Below are positions 16,996 to 25,399 of a DNA stretch of 28,744 nucleotides, piece by piece. The stretch is from Myxococcota bacterium (GTDB taxonomy: Bacteria > Myxococcota > XYA12-FULL-58-9 > JALHOP01). The first letter of the stretch is position 1. Every line of letters begins with the position of its first letter. The position numbers and the translations under genes were made by a program. The notes beneath the pieces are model-generated. The model saw only the letters and a list, made by a program, of their open reading frames with translations. It was not told the DNA's origin and did no database searches. The DNA is taken from contig JBGGMJ010000091.1 of NCBI GenBank assembly GCA_041288095.1, positions 1-28,744 of the forward strand, read 5' to 3'.

Positions 16996-17537
16996 GATGC
17001 TCTCCGTGCAAAGTGTTCGTCGTAGGCGCAGTGCGTACGCAACGCCTGCTCCTCGCAACGGATACGTACCCCGAGGAGCACGGCATTGGCCAAGCTGAAC
17101 GCCATAGCGGTCAGATAGGCGCCGTGGACCAGCGGCAATGCCGCGAGCTCTACGATCACCGCGAGATAATTGGGATGGCGCAGGAAGCGGTAGGGGCCGC
17201 CGCGCACCGCCGCCTCACCCGGCACTACGATGACGCGTACGTTCCAGCGGTCGCCCAGGGTCGAGATCGCCCAGTAGCGTAGCGCTTGCGCCGTGGCGAC
17301 CAAGGCCAGCGCCGGCCAGCCGAGCCATGGCATGAACGGCCGCTCGAGGAGCACGACCTCGAGCACGCACGCCAAGAGGAACGCCGTGTGCATGACGCTC
17401 ATGACGCGGAAGTGACCGGAGCCGTATTCGAGGCCGCCGCGCGCGAAGGCGGCGCGCGCGTGCCGCCGGCTCAGGGTCAGCTCGAAGAGCCGTTCGCAAG
17501 CGACCGCCGCGATCAGGACGACGTACGCCATCACCAT
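16992..17537 (-). CDS. Isoprenylcysteine carboxyl methyltransferase-family membrane methyltransferase (SrsB/BpsB-like)
   Basis: Start MVMAYVVL overlapping the PKS end. Motifs LRYWAISTLGDRWN, GPYRFLRHPNY and RIRCEEQAL. Confidence 0.92.
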   Translation of the reverse strand: MVMAYVVLIAAVACERLFELTLSRRHARAAFARGGLEYGSGHFRVMSVMHTAFLLACVLEVVLLERPFMPWLGWPALALVATAQALRYWAISTLGDRWNVRVIVVPGEAAVRGGPYRFLRHPNYLAVIVELAALPLVHGAYLTAMAFSLANAVLLGVRIRCEEQALRTHCAYDEHFARRAS

Positions 17538-18577
17538 TGCAAGAGCACCAACTCGGAGCAGAAGCCTGGCCCCATGGCGATCATCAGGCCATGGCTCCTC
17601 GGCTCGATGGTCGTGTCCGCCAAGGTGTCGCGCAGCACCATCAACACCGAGGCGCTCGAGAGGTTGCCCACCTCGGCGAGGGACTTCCACGAGAGCGCCA
17701 ACTTGTCGCGCGAAAGGCCAAACGCTTCTTCGACTCCGGCGAGCACCTTGGGCCCTCCCGAGTGGCAGACGAAGCGCGCGATGTCGGACAGCCCCAGACC
17801 ATGCGCCTCCAGGAATCGCTCGGCGTCTCCACGCAGGTGGCGCGTCATCGCCGGCACCTCGGACGACAGCACGACGCGAAAGCCGTCGCTGGTGACGCGC
17901 CAGCCCATGACCTCTTCGGTGTTGGGATAGAAGACCGATCGGCTGGCGACGATGCGCGGACCGCGTTCCGGACGGTTCGCTCCAGCGATCACCACCGCCG
18001 CGCCGCCGTCGCCGAAGAGCCCGCTCGCGATCAGGTTCGCGATCGACAGGTCGTCGCGTTGCAAGGTCAAGCTGCAGAGCTCGACGGACAGCAGCACCGC
18101 GATCTCGTTCGGGTACGCTTTTACGTAGTCGGCGGCGCGTGCGACGCCCGCCGCGCCCGCAACGCAACCGAGACCGAAGATCGGCGTGCGCTTGATGTCG
18201 CTCCGCAAGCCCATGCGGTTGACGAGCCGCGCGTCGATCGACGGCGTCGCGATGCCGGTCACCGAAACGAAGAAGAGATGATCGATGTCGCGGGGGCCGA
18301 GCCCCGCCGCCGTGAGCGCTTCGCGGAGCGCGGTTTCACCCACCTCGGTCGCGACCTCGATGTACACGTCGTTGGCTTCGCTGAAGCTCTCGACCTTGCC
18401 GTAGCGCTCGAGCGGGAGGGCCAAGTGCCGTCCGCCAACGAGGACATTGGTTTGCAGCTGCTTCAGACGCTCGGGGTTGAAGAAGCGACCGCTCCACAGG
18501 CGGTTTGCCGCGTCGATGAGCGCAGTCTGATCGTAGTAGTGAGCCGGGAAACCAACGCCGACAGCGCTGATCTTCAT
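17531..18577 (-). CDS. Type III polyketide synthase (chalcone synthase-like)
   Basis: Catalytic triad Cys (FGLGCVAGA), His (CHSGGPKV) and Asn (GNLSSASV). Also VELCSL, LFGDG and MGPGF. Confidence 0.95.
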   Translation of the reverse strand: MKISAVGVGFPAHYYDQTALIDAANRLWSGRFFNPERLKQLQTNVLVGGRHLALPLERYGKVESFSEANDVYIEVATEVGETALREALTAAGLGPRDIDHLFFVSVTGIATPSIDARLVNRMGLRSDIKRTPIFGLGCVAGAAGVARAADYVKAYPNEIAVLLSVELCSLTLQRDDLSIANLIASGLFGDGGAAVVIAGANRPERGPRIVASRSVFYPNTEEVMGWRVTSDGFRVVLSSEVPAMTRHLRGDAERFLEAHGLGLSDIARFVCHSGGPKVLAGVEEAFGLSRDKLALSWKSLAEVGNLSSASVLMVLRDTLADTTIEPRSHGLMIAMGPGFCSELVLLQW

Positions 18578-18619
18578 GGAGAACCCCGGCGCGCAAGCTA
18601 AGGGCTCGCCCTCCGCAAA

Positions 18620-19465
18620 TCAACCAGCCGTCTTGGTATCGGCCGCCACGTCGATCTCGAAGACCTTGAGGGCCGGCCCCTCGGGGTAGAGCCGGCGTAA
18701 CAGCGGCAATGCCACGTTGTAGACCGGGATACCGGCGCTGGTCCTTCCCTCGGGCGCGCCCCGGTGAACGTGGCCGTGAACCACGAGGGTGGCGGCGTAG
18801 CGGTTACACGGTTCCTCTAGGCGACTCGAGCCGAGGAACGGGAAGATCTCCGGTGGCTCGCCTTCCGATGTGCCGCGCACGCAACCGTAGTGCATGAGCA
18901 CGATGCGGTGCGGCGTGCGGATCTTGGCCAGGGCGCTCTCGAGCTTGAGAGCCTCGTCGACCGCTGCGCGGGCGAAGTCCTTCACCCCCGGCTCGCCCCA
19001 CGGTTGCAGCATGTGGCGATCGAAGCCACCACCGAAGCCTTTCACGCCGGCGAAGCCGATGTCGCCGATCATGACCGCTTCGCCGTCGAGCACCTCGACG
19101 CCGACGCCGCGCAGGATGGTCGACACCTCGTCCGCCTTGCCGGACTCGTAGTCATGGTTGCCGAGGACCGCCACCATTGGCAGGCGCACCGCCGCGAGGT
19201 CGGCGGCGAGCGCCTTGGCTTCCTCCGGGAGGCCGTGATCGGTGAGGTCACCGCAAAGCAACAACACATCGGCGTGCCGTCGGATGTCTTGGAAATAGCT
19301 CTGCAAGGAACCGGCGGAGTTGATGTTGTAGTGCGTGTCGCCGAGGGCGCCGATGCGGACCTTGCGCCTGTTATGGCGGACTTTGCCCGCGTGTTCGGGC
19401 TCCATGCCCGCCATTGGCGAGCTCGCGCGTACCGGCGCGGGGTTCGACGTCGTGATACTGGCCAT
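18620..19465 (-). CDS. Calcineurin-like metallophosphoesterase (Icc-like)
   Basis: GDTHY, CGDLTDHG, LGNHD, MHY and HGHVH metal motifs. AGGAG RBS before ATG 19465. Confidence 0.92.
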   Translation of the reverse strand: MASITTSNPAPVRASSPMAGMEPEHAGKVRHNRRKVRIGALGDTHYNINSAGSLQSYFQDIRRHADVLLLCGDLTDHGLPEEAKALAADLAAVRLPMVAVLGNHDYESGKADEVSTILRGVGVEVLDGEAVMIGDIGFAGVKGFGGGFDRHMLQPWGEPGVKDFARAAVDEALKLESALAKIRTPHRIVLMHYGCVRGTSEGEPPEIFPFLGSSRLEEPCNRYAATLVVHGHVHRGAPEGRTSAGIPVYNVALPLLRRLYPEGPALKVFEIDVAADTKTAG

Positions 19466-19475
19466 CACCAAGCTC

Positions 19476-20306
19476 CTATCGGCTATTTTGAATCGCGGCG
19501 GTCCAATGAGCGACGTCCGCCTCGGTCATCGAAGTATTGGACAGACGGGCATCGGCGTAGTCCCAGCGGTCGATGTCGATGAGGTATTGCTCACGCGACA
19601 CCAAGGTGCCCTGACACACCCGTTCGATGCTCGAGACCTCACCGCTCTCCGAGCTCAAGCGCTCGATCATCGTTTGCATCACCCACTCGGGGACACGGTG
19701 GCGCTCACCCGGATAGACGAACCCGAAGAGCACGAGGTGCGACAGCAGCACGCGCCAATGGTCACCGAAGCGATCGAGGAGCCGCGGCCAGTCGAGGTGG
19801 TGGGCGCGGGCGCGCAAGATGTGGGCGACGTCGGCTCCGTCATAGCGTTCGCGCTCCATGACCCATGCTTTGCTCCAGATGGTCTCCTCGGCGGGGCACA
19901 GCATGAGCTCATGGTCGAATGTCTTGCAGCGCTCGGCATGTCGAAACCAAAGGTCATCGACGGGCGCTACCCCGTTGCCGGCGTTGAAGATGATGTCGAT
20001 GAAGTCTTCACCGTAGAACGCCTTACCCAGCCAGTGCGGGAAGGTGAGCTCGACGCGGCAGCCGTGGCTATGCAACAGGTCGAGCATGGGCTTGACGTCC
20101 CGAGGCCGCACGAAGAGATCGAGGTCTTTGCTCGGGCGTGTGATGCCGGCGTAGTGCTCGAGGGCGTAGGTACCCCCGACGAGAAACTCGATGCCATGGT
20201 CCAAGACCACGGCGAGCATGCGGTGGTAGAAGTCGTGCGAGCGCGGACTCAACGCATCCTCGACACGAGCGCCTTCTGGCATGACGGGTGCCGTCGTGGT
20301 CAGCAT
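19476..20306 (-). CDS. Nucleotidyltransferase-family protein (pol-beta superfamily)
   Basis: FLVGGTYAL...SKDLDLFV (GG plus DxD), a downstream IDIIF acidic strand, and ERYDGADVAH. Confidence 0.85.
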   Translation of the reverse strand: MLTTTAPVMPEGARVEDALSPRSHDFYHRMLAVVLDHGIEFLVGGTYALEHYAGITRPSKDLDLFVRPRDVKPMLDLLHSHGCRVELTFPHWLGKAFYGEDFIDIIFNAGNGVAPVDDLWFRHAERCKTFDHELMLCPAEETIWSKAWVMERERYDGADVAHILRARAHHLDWPRLLDRFGDHWRVLLSHLVLFGFVYPGERHRVPEWVMQTMIERLSSESGEVSSIERVCQGTLVSREQYLIDIDRWDYADARLSNTSMTEADVAHWTAAIQNSR

Positions 20307-20347
20307 TGGAACCCCCTGATTTATTTAAGGCACGCCTTTTGGCGTTG

Positions 20348-21457
20348 TCATCGGCTGTTCGAGAAACCCGTGAGAGTTCCGTTACTAACGTGATGCATGG
20401 TTCGTGCCGCGGATGCCGTTGTCTGCGAAAGCGGTGCATCCAGCACCATGCGCTCGTAAAGCTCGAGGTAGGCGCGCTTCATCCGGCGCCCGTCGAAGCG
20501 GCGCTCGGCCGCGGCGCGGCAGGCTTCGGGCGAGATTGACGAGACGTTGGTAATGGCATCGACCATGTCGAGGAAGCCGTCCACGAGGAAGCCGGTGACT
20601 CCGTGCTCGACGATCTCCGGCAGCGCGCCGCGACGCATGGCGATGACCGGTGTGCCGCAGGCCAGGGCCTCCATGGCGGCAAGCGAGCTGGTAGCGTCGA
20701 TGAGGCTCGGAACGATGAGGGCGCGGGCTCGCGCCAAGAGGACTCGCTTGCGCAGGCCGCCGACCGCTCCGACGAAGGCGCGTTCGCCGTCGAGTCGGGG
20801 CACAATCGAATCGCGGAAATACTGGAGGTGCGAAGGGTAGGGCGAAATCGCGCCGGCGAGCTTGGCGGAAACGCGCGCCAGACGCGCCGCTTCGAGCGCC
20901 AGATGGAAGCCCTTCTGCGGACAGATCCTGCCCAACGACACGACGTAATCGTCTTTGTTGGCAACAGGCGCGAAGAGCGTCAGGTCGACGCCGTCGGGAA
21001 TGACCTCGACCGGAGCGTCCGCGAAAAAGGACCGTCGCTGATTGTGCGAGACGCACGTGAATCGCATGGACGGCTGTTGGTGCGCGAAGACGCGGGTCGG
21101 ATACCACGCCGGTGGTTGATGCAAGGTCGCGAGCACAGGCACGTCGCCGCGCGGCATGGCGCCGAGGACGTCGTGGCCATGAACATGAACGACGTCGATG
21201 GTGTATTCGTCGAGCGTCCGCTCGATCAACGCGCGGAGCGCCTCGAGCGCGGCGGCGGCGCCGTCGTCGGTGACCGCTTCGCTCACAGGCAGCCCGATGA
21301 GCTCGCCATCGCAGCGTGAGCCCTCCGCCGCGATGACGAGTGACGTGTGGCCGGCCTCGACCAAGGCACTGTCGAGCGCCGCGATGAGTTGCTCGACGCC
21401 GCCGACAGCGTTGCTGCCGACGATGGCGAACGGGTCTGCGACGCTCAATAGGTTCAT
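20348..21457 (-). CDS. Glycosyltransferase family 4
   Basis: ATG 21457. Motifs GGVEQL, LATLH, LGRICPQKG, MEALACGTPVIA and GALPEIVEHGVTGF. Confidence 0.9.
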   Translation of the reverse strand: MNLLSVADPFAIVGSNAVGGVEQLIAALDSALVEAGHTSLVIAAEGSRCDGELIGLPVSEAVTDDGAAAALEALRALIERTLDEYTIDVVHVHGHDVLGAMPRGDVPVLATLHQPPAWYPTRVFAHQQPSMRFTCVSHNQRRSFFADAPVEVIPDGVDLTLFAPVANKDDYVVSLGRICPQKGFHLALEAARLARVSAKLAGAISPYPSHLQYFRDSIVPRLDGERAFVGAVGGLRKRVLLARARALIVPSLIDATSSLAAMEALACGTPVIAMRRGALPEIVEHGVTGFLVDGFLDMVDAITNVSSISPEACRAAAERRFDGRRMKRAYLELYERMVLDAPLSQTTASAARTMHHVSNGTLTGFSNSR

Positions 21458-21462
21458 GCTTG

Positions 21463-21972
21463 TCAGGCAGCCATCCCAGCCTTCGCGGCCCGGGCGTTGA
21501 TGTCCTGGGTGGCGAGCTGCGTGAGCTTCACGTCCGTCGCCTTCTCCTCGTCGAGCGTCGCGCTCAGCAGCTTCGCAACCTTGTCGAGGCCGAGGTTGTT
21601 CGCCCAAGTCATCACCGTGCCGTACGAGGCGATTTCGTAGTGCTCGACCTTCTGGGCAGAGGCCACGAGCGCCGCGTCGAGGACCTCGGGCTCCATGTCT
21701 TCCTTCATGGTGTCGCTGGCCTCTTCGATGATGCCGCGCATGGCTTCGCACGCCTTGCCCCGCACCTTCTCCTCGAGGAGCTCGAAGCATTGCTCCAAGC
21801 GCTCGATCTGTCCGTGCGTCTCTTCGAGGTGCTTCTCGAAGCCCGCCTTCAGCTGTTCCGAGGTCGCCGCCTTGACCATCTTGGGCAGTGCCTTCGTGAT
21901 CTGCTTTTCGGCGTGGTAGATGTCGCGGAGCTCTTCGACGAGCATGTCCCGCAGGTTCCTCATTTCGGCCAT
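21463..21972 (-). CDS. yciF: Ferritin-like stress protein YciF/DUF892
   Basis: ELRDIYHAEKQ, HLEETHGQIERLE, CEAMRGIIEE, AQKVEHYEIASYG and TLDEEKATDVKL motifs. GGAGG RBS. Confidence 0.9.
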   Translation of the reverse strand: MAEMRNLRDMLVEELRDIYHAEKQITKALPKMVKAATSEQLKAGFEKHLEETHGQIERLEQCFELLEEKVRGKACEAMRGIIEEASDTMKEDMEPEVLDAALVASAQKVEHYEIASYGTVMTWANNLGLDKVAKLLSATLDEEKATDVKLTQLATQDINARAAKAGMAA

Positions 21973-22141
21973 GATGCCAATCCTCCCTTTTCGTGGGAGG
22001 ACGGCCTGCAAGCGGCGTGCAAAGCGTGGAAGCGCGCGTTGCCGCGGTCCCGCCGGCCGAAAAACGCCCGCAACGGCGGACATCTGCCCCGATGCGCCGG
22101 CCCGGTGTGGCTCACATCCCCAATGAATTCACACCGCGAGC

Positions 22142-22660
22142 TCAGCGATTTGGTGGGTACTTGGCGAGCTTGCGCTGTAACGATCGTCGGTGAAGTCCGA
22201 GGCGCCGGGCTGCTTCGGAGATGTTGCCGTCGCAATCGGCGAGCACGCGCTGCATGTGCTCCCACTCGACCCGCGCAAGGCTGGGCACATCGGCCTGTTG
22301 ACCGTCGGCGCCCCCGCCGCTCAACGTCGCCAGGATCTGCTCGGCGTCGGCCGGCTTGGTGAGGTAGTTGGTGGCCCCAGCGTGCACCGCTTCGACCGCG
22401 GTCACGATGCTGCCATAGCCGGTGAGCACGACGATGATCATCTCCGGGGCGAGCCCCCGCAGGGCGCGCACCAAGTCGATGCCGTCCGAGCTACCGAGGC
22501 GGAGGTCGACGAGGGCATGAGTCGGATGCTGCTCACGCGCCAGAGTGAGCGCCTCCACCGCGTCCGCGGCCGCGGACACCTCGACGTTACGTTCCTTGAG
22601 GGCGCGCAACAGGCGGTTGCGGAAGACCGCGTCGTCGTCGACCACGAGCAAGCGCATCAC
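22142..22660 (-). CDS. regA: RegA/PrrA/ActR-family response regulator
   Basis: REC domain (LVVDDD, VDLRL, LTGYGSI, YLTKP) and the Fis-type tail SLARVEWEHMQRVL...NISEAARRLGLHRRSLQRKLAK. Confidence 0.93.
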   Translation of the reverse strand: MMRLLVVDDDAVFRNRLLRALKERNVEVSAAADAVEALTLAREQHPTHALVDLRLGSSDGIDLVRALRGLAPEMIIVVLTGYGSIVTAVEAVHAGATNYLTKPADAEQILATLSGGGADGQQADVPSLARVEWEHMQRVLADCDGNISEAARRLGLHRRSLQRKLAKYPPNR

Positions 22661-23970
22661 GTGCCTCCTTGAACGGCCAGCTCGACCCGGGTGCCGGCCC
22701 CAGGGGTCGAGATGATCTCGAGGCGCGAGCGGCTGCGTTCGGCGAAGCTGCGTACCAGGAAGAGGCCCAAGCCGAAGCCCCGGCTTGCCGCTTTGGTGGT
22801 GAAGAAGGGCTCACCAACGCGCGCGAGGGTTTCAGGCGACATACCGCTGCCCCGGTCGCTCACGGCGAAGCAGATCTCGTCCGGCCCGGGCTCGATGGTC
22901 AGCTCGACGGTCTCGCTCGAGGCGTCGAGCGCGTTGACCACGAGATTCACAAGCGCCTGGACGATGGGGCGCAGCGGCGTGCGGACCGCCAAACGGTCGT
23001 CGGCCCCGTGGACCTTAAGACGGGCAGCGCGAGCGGGCCCGAGCGCGGCCACGATCTCGCGGACGATCTGCGCCGTGGGGGTCATGGCACCAGGTTCCAG
23101 CTGCGCATCGCCCGAGTGGTCTCCCATGGTCGCGAGGATGGCGCGGCAGCGGTCCACCTCGCCGCGCAGCAGAGTCGCGTCCTCGCGGGCACGGACTGGG
23201 TCGAGGTTGCCACGGCTCGCGACCTCCAGCTCCTTGGCGATGAGCGCGATGGTCCCGAGCGGCGTGCCGAGCTCGTGGGCCGCCCCCGCCGCCAGGGCCG
23301 ACAACGCGACCACTTGCTCGGAGCGTGCGCGTAGCGCGTCGAGCTGCTCCATCTGCGCCTCGCGAACGGCCAGGCTCCGCTTGACCCGCGTCATGAAGTA
23401 GCCAATCGATCCCGCCGCTAAAACGTACGAGAGCCACATGCCGCGCAGATGCACGTTGAAGTCACCGCGTATGTGGGCGTGCGGATCGATGGGCATCAAG
23501 ATGAAGAGCGTGCCGAAGCAGATGGTGGTGGTGACGGCGAGGAGCCACGTCCAGCGTGGGCTCAGCAGCATCGCGGCGAGAGCCACGTGCACGAGATAGA
23601 ACACGGAGAACGGGTTCGAGGCGCCGCCGCTTTCGTAGAGCATGCCGGTCAGCAAGAGGGTGTCGAGCACCAGCACCGCCGCGACCAGCGCGGGCGTCGC
23701 ATGGAGGCCGCGGCGTAAACGCCAATGCAGCACCGCGTTGGTCGATGAGGCGATGGCCACCAAAGCCAGAATGACGCCATAGCCCAGCGTGATGCCGAGC
23801 CCGAAGCGGGCGTAAGCGAGCAGGCTCGACTGACCGGCGGCCGCGAGCCAGCGTAGGTTGACCAGCCACGCGAGACCGATGCGCTGGGCGGAGTCCACCG
23901 CCGGCGCGTCGCTCTGCGCGAGGATCAAGCGCCGCGTGGGCGCGCTCGTCGTGCCCGCACCACCGCCCAT
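22657..23970 (-). CDS. regB: RegB/PrrB/ActS-family redox sensor histidine kinase (start uncertain)
   Basis: LRWLA, quinone-binding GGASNPF, H-box AAHELGTPL, redox-box DRCRAIL and HATPase G boxes. Confidence 0.92.
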   Translation of the reverse strand: MGGGAGTTSAPTRRLILAQSDAPAVDSAQRIGLAWLVNLRWLAAAGQSSLLAYARFGLGITLGYGVILALVAIASSTNAVLHWRLRRGLHATPALVAAVLVLDTLLLTGMLYESGGASNPFSVFYLVHVALAAMLLSPRWTWLLAVTTTICFGTLFILMPIDPHAHIRGDFNVHLRGMWLSYVLAAGSIGYFMTRVKRSLAVREAQMEQLDALRARSEQVVALSALAAGAAHELGTPLGTIALIAKELEVASRGNLDPVRAREDATLLRGEVDRCRAILATMGDHSGDAQLEPGAMTPTAQIVREIVAALGPARAARLKVHGADDRLAVRTPLRPIVQALVNLVVNALDASSETVELTIEPGPDEICFAVSDRGSGMSPETLARVGEPFFTTKAASRGFGLGLFLVRSFAERSRSRLEIISTPGAGTRVELAVQGGT

Positions 23971-23989
23971 GCGCCCGCTTTTACGCGGC

Positions 23990-24023
23990 TGCGCCCCTGT
24001 TTCGCAATCGGACAAAACGCCGC
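23990..24023. promoter_or_regulatory. Two candidate RegA-type boxes upstream of regB
   Basis: TGCGCCCCTGTTTCGCA (23990-24006) and minus-strand GCGGC-GTTTT-GTCCG (24009-24023) resemble GCGGC-N5-GTCGC. Weak evidence in a GC-rich genome. Confidence 0.3.
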
Positions 24024-24057
24024 AGGGAATTTCGCGACACGCGTTCGCGAAATCCCT
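24024..24057. terminator. Imperfect inverted repeat; possible terminator or operator
   Basis: AGGGAATTTCGCGA-CACGCGT-TCGCGAAATCCCT (13-bp stem, one bulge), just downstream of the small ORF stop. No immediate U-tract. Confidence 0.4.
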
Positions 24058-24074
24058 CTACGAAACGCGACGTT

Positions 24075-24281
24075 TCAGTTGAACGACCCGAAACGAGCCT
24101 CATCCGGGAAGACCTCACCCGGCAGGGGCCCGAAGCGGCCTGCAGCGCGGTCTTCGCGGGTCACGCGCTTCGGCTCGACGAGCGGCCGACCGTAATACTG
24201 AATGCTCGCTAGACCGGCGACGACATCGGAATTGGGCTCTGAGCCCTGCGCCTGTACCGGACGCGGCTGATTAGCTTGCAT
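24075..24281 (-). CDS. Small hypothetical protein, 68 aa
   Basis: Strong GGGGAGGG RBS before ATG 24281. MQANQPRPVQ...ARFGSFN fills the gap between rlmN and regB. Confidence 0.6.
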   Translation of the reverse strand: MQANQPRPVQAQGSEPNSDVVAGLASIQYYGRPLVEPKRVTREDRAAGRFGPLPGEVFPDEARFGSFN

Positions 24282-24322
24282 GGTGGTGGTCCCTCCCCAG
24301 AGACGTACACATAACCTAACGC

Positions 24323-25399
24323 TCAAATATCGGCACGCAAAGATGTGGGTGCTTTTTTTGCGCGGACCGAATCGCTCTTGAGCTGGCCGCAGGCCGCCGC
24401 GATGTCTCGGCCACGCGGCGTGCGCACCGGCGACGGGAAGCCCGCCTCGACCAGAATGCGCGAGAAAGCCTCGATGCGCTCGGGCTTGGAGGTGCCGTAA
24501 CGGCTGCCCGGCCACGGGTTGAACGGGATGAGGTTCACCTTTGCGTGCAGCCCCGCGAGCAGCTTCACGAGCGCCTGGGCCTCCGCGTCGCTGTCGTTCA
24601 CGCCGTCCAGCATGACGTATTCGAAGAGGATGCGGCGCGCGTTGCTCGCCGGATAGCCGCGGCACGCTTCGATCAGGCGTTCGAGGTTGTAGCGGGTGTT
24701 GATAGGCACGAGCTCGTCACGGAGGGCGTCGTTGGTGGCGTGCAAGCTGATGGCGAGGCTCACCGGGTGCTCGCGGCCGAGGCGCTCGATCTGCGGCACC
24801 AACCCGGACGTCGACAGGGTGATGCGGCGTCTCGAAATGGCGAGGCCGTCTGAGTCGCTCATGGTGGCGATAGCGGACACCACCGCGTCGTAGTTCGCGA
24901 GCGGCTCGCCCATGCCCATGAGGACGACGCTGCCCACGAGGTTCCCGCGCTTGCCGCCTTCGAAATCGCCGAGGCGGTCGCGCGCCAGCAGAACCTGCGC
25001 CGCAATCTCCGCCGCGGTCAGGTTGCGGACCAGCGGCTGCGTGCCCGTGTGGCAAAACGAGCAGCGCATGGTGCAGCCGACCTGCGACGAGACGCAGACG
25101 GCGCCACGGCCCTCCTCGGGGATGTAGACGGTCTCGACCAGGTTGCCGTCGGCGAGCTTGAGCAGCCACTTGCGGGTGCCGTCGTTCGAGATCTGCTCGC
25201 GGACGATTTCGGGACGCTCGAGGCTGACGGCGCCGGCGAGCTTCTCGCGGACCTTCTTGTTGAGCGGCAGTTGCTCGAGGCTGGTCGCGCCCCTGGCATA
25301 CAGACCCGTCCACAGCTCGCGCAGGACGCGCGGCGTATCGACTTCCAGGGGGGCAAGGAGCGCCTCGAGCTCGGCTCGGCCAAGGCCGGCGATGGTCAT
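24323..25399 (-). CDS. rlmN: 23S rRNA m2A2503/tRNA m2A37 radical SAM methyltransferase
   Basis: [45 protein letters not shown] and [12 protein letters not shown] motifs. Confidence 0.97.
   Translation of the reverse strand: MTIAGLGRAELEALLAPLEVDTPRVLRELWTGLYARGATSLEQLPLNKKVREKLAGAVSLERPEIVREQISNDGTRKWLLKLADGNLVETVYIPEEGRGAVCVSSQVGCTMRCSFCHTGTQPLVRNLTAAEIAAQVLLARDRLGDFEGGKRGNLVGSVVLMGMGEPLANYDAVVSAIATMSDSDGLAISRRRITLSTSGLVPQIERLGREHPVSLAISLHATNDALRDELVPINTRYNLERLIEACRGYPASNARRILFEYVMLDGVNDSDAEAQALVKLLAGLHAKVNLIPFNPWPGSRYGTSKPERIEAFSRILVEAGFPSPVRTPRGRDIAAACGQLKSDSVRAKKAPTSLRADI

Noticed and set aside
22007..22022. Sigma-54-like promoter upstream of yciF (minus strand TTGCACGCCGCTTGCA)
   Set aside because: Matches TGGCACG-N4-TTGCW except at the near-invariant GG of the -24 element.
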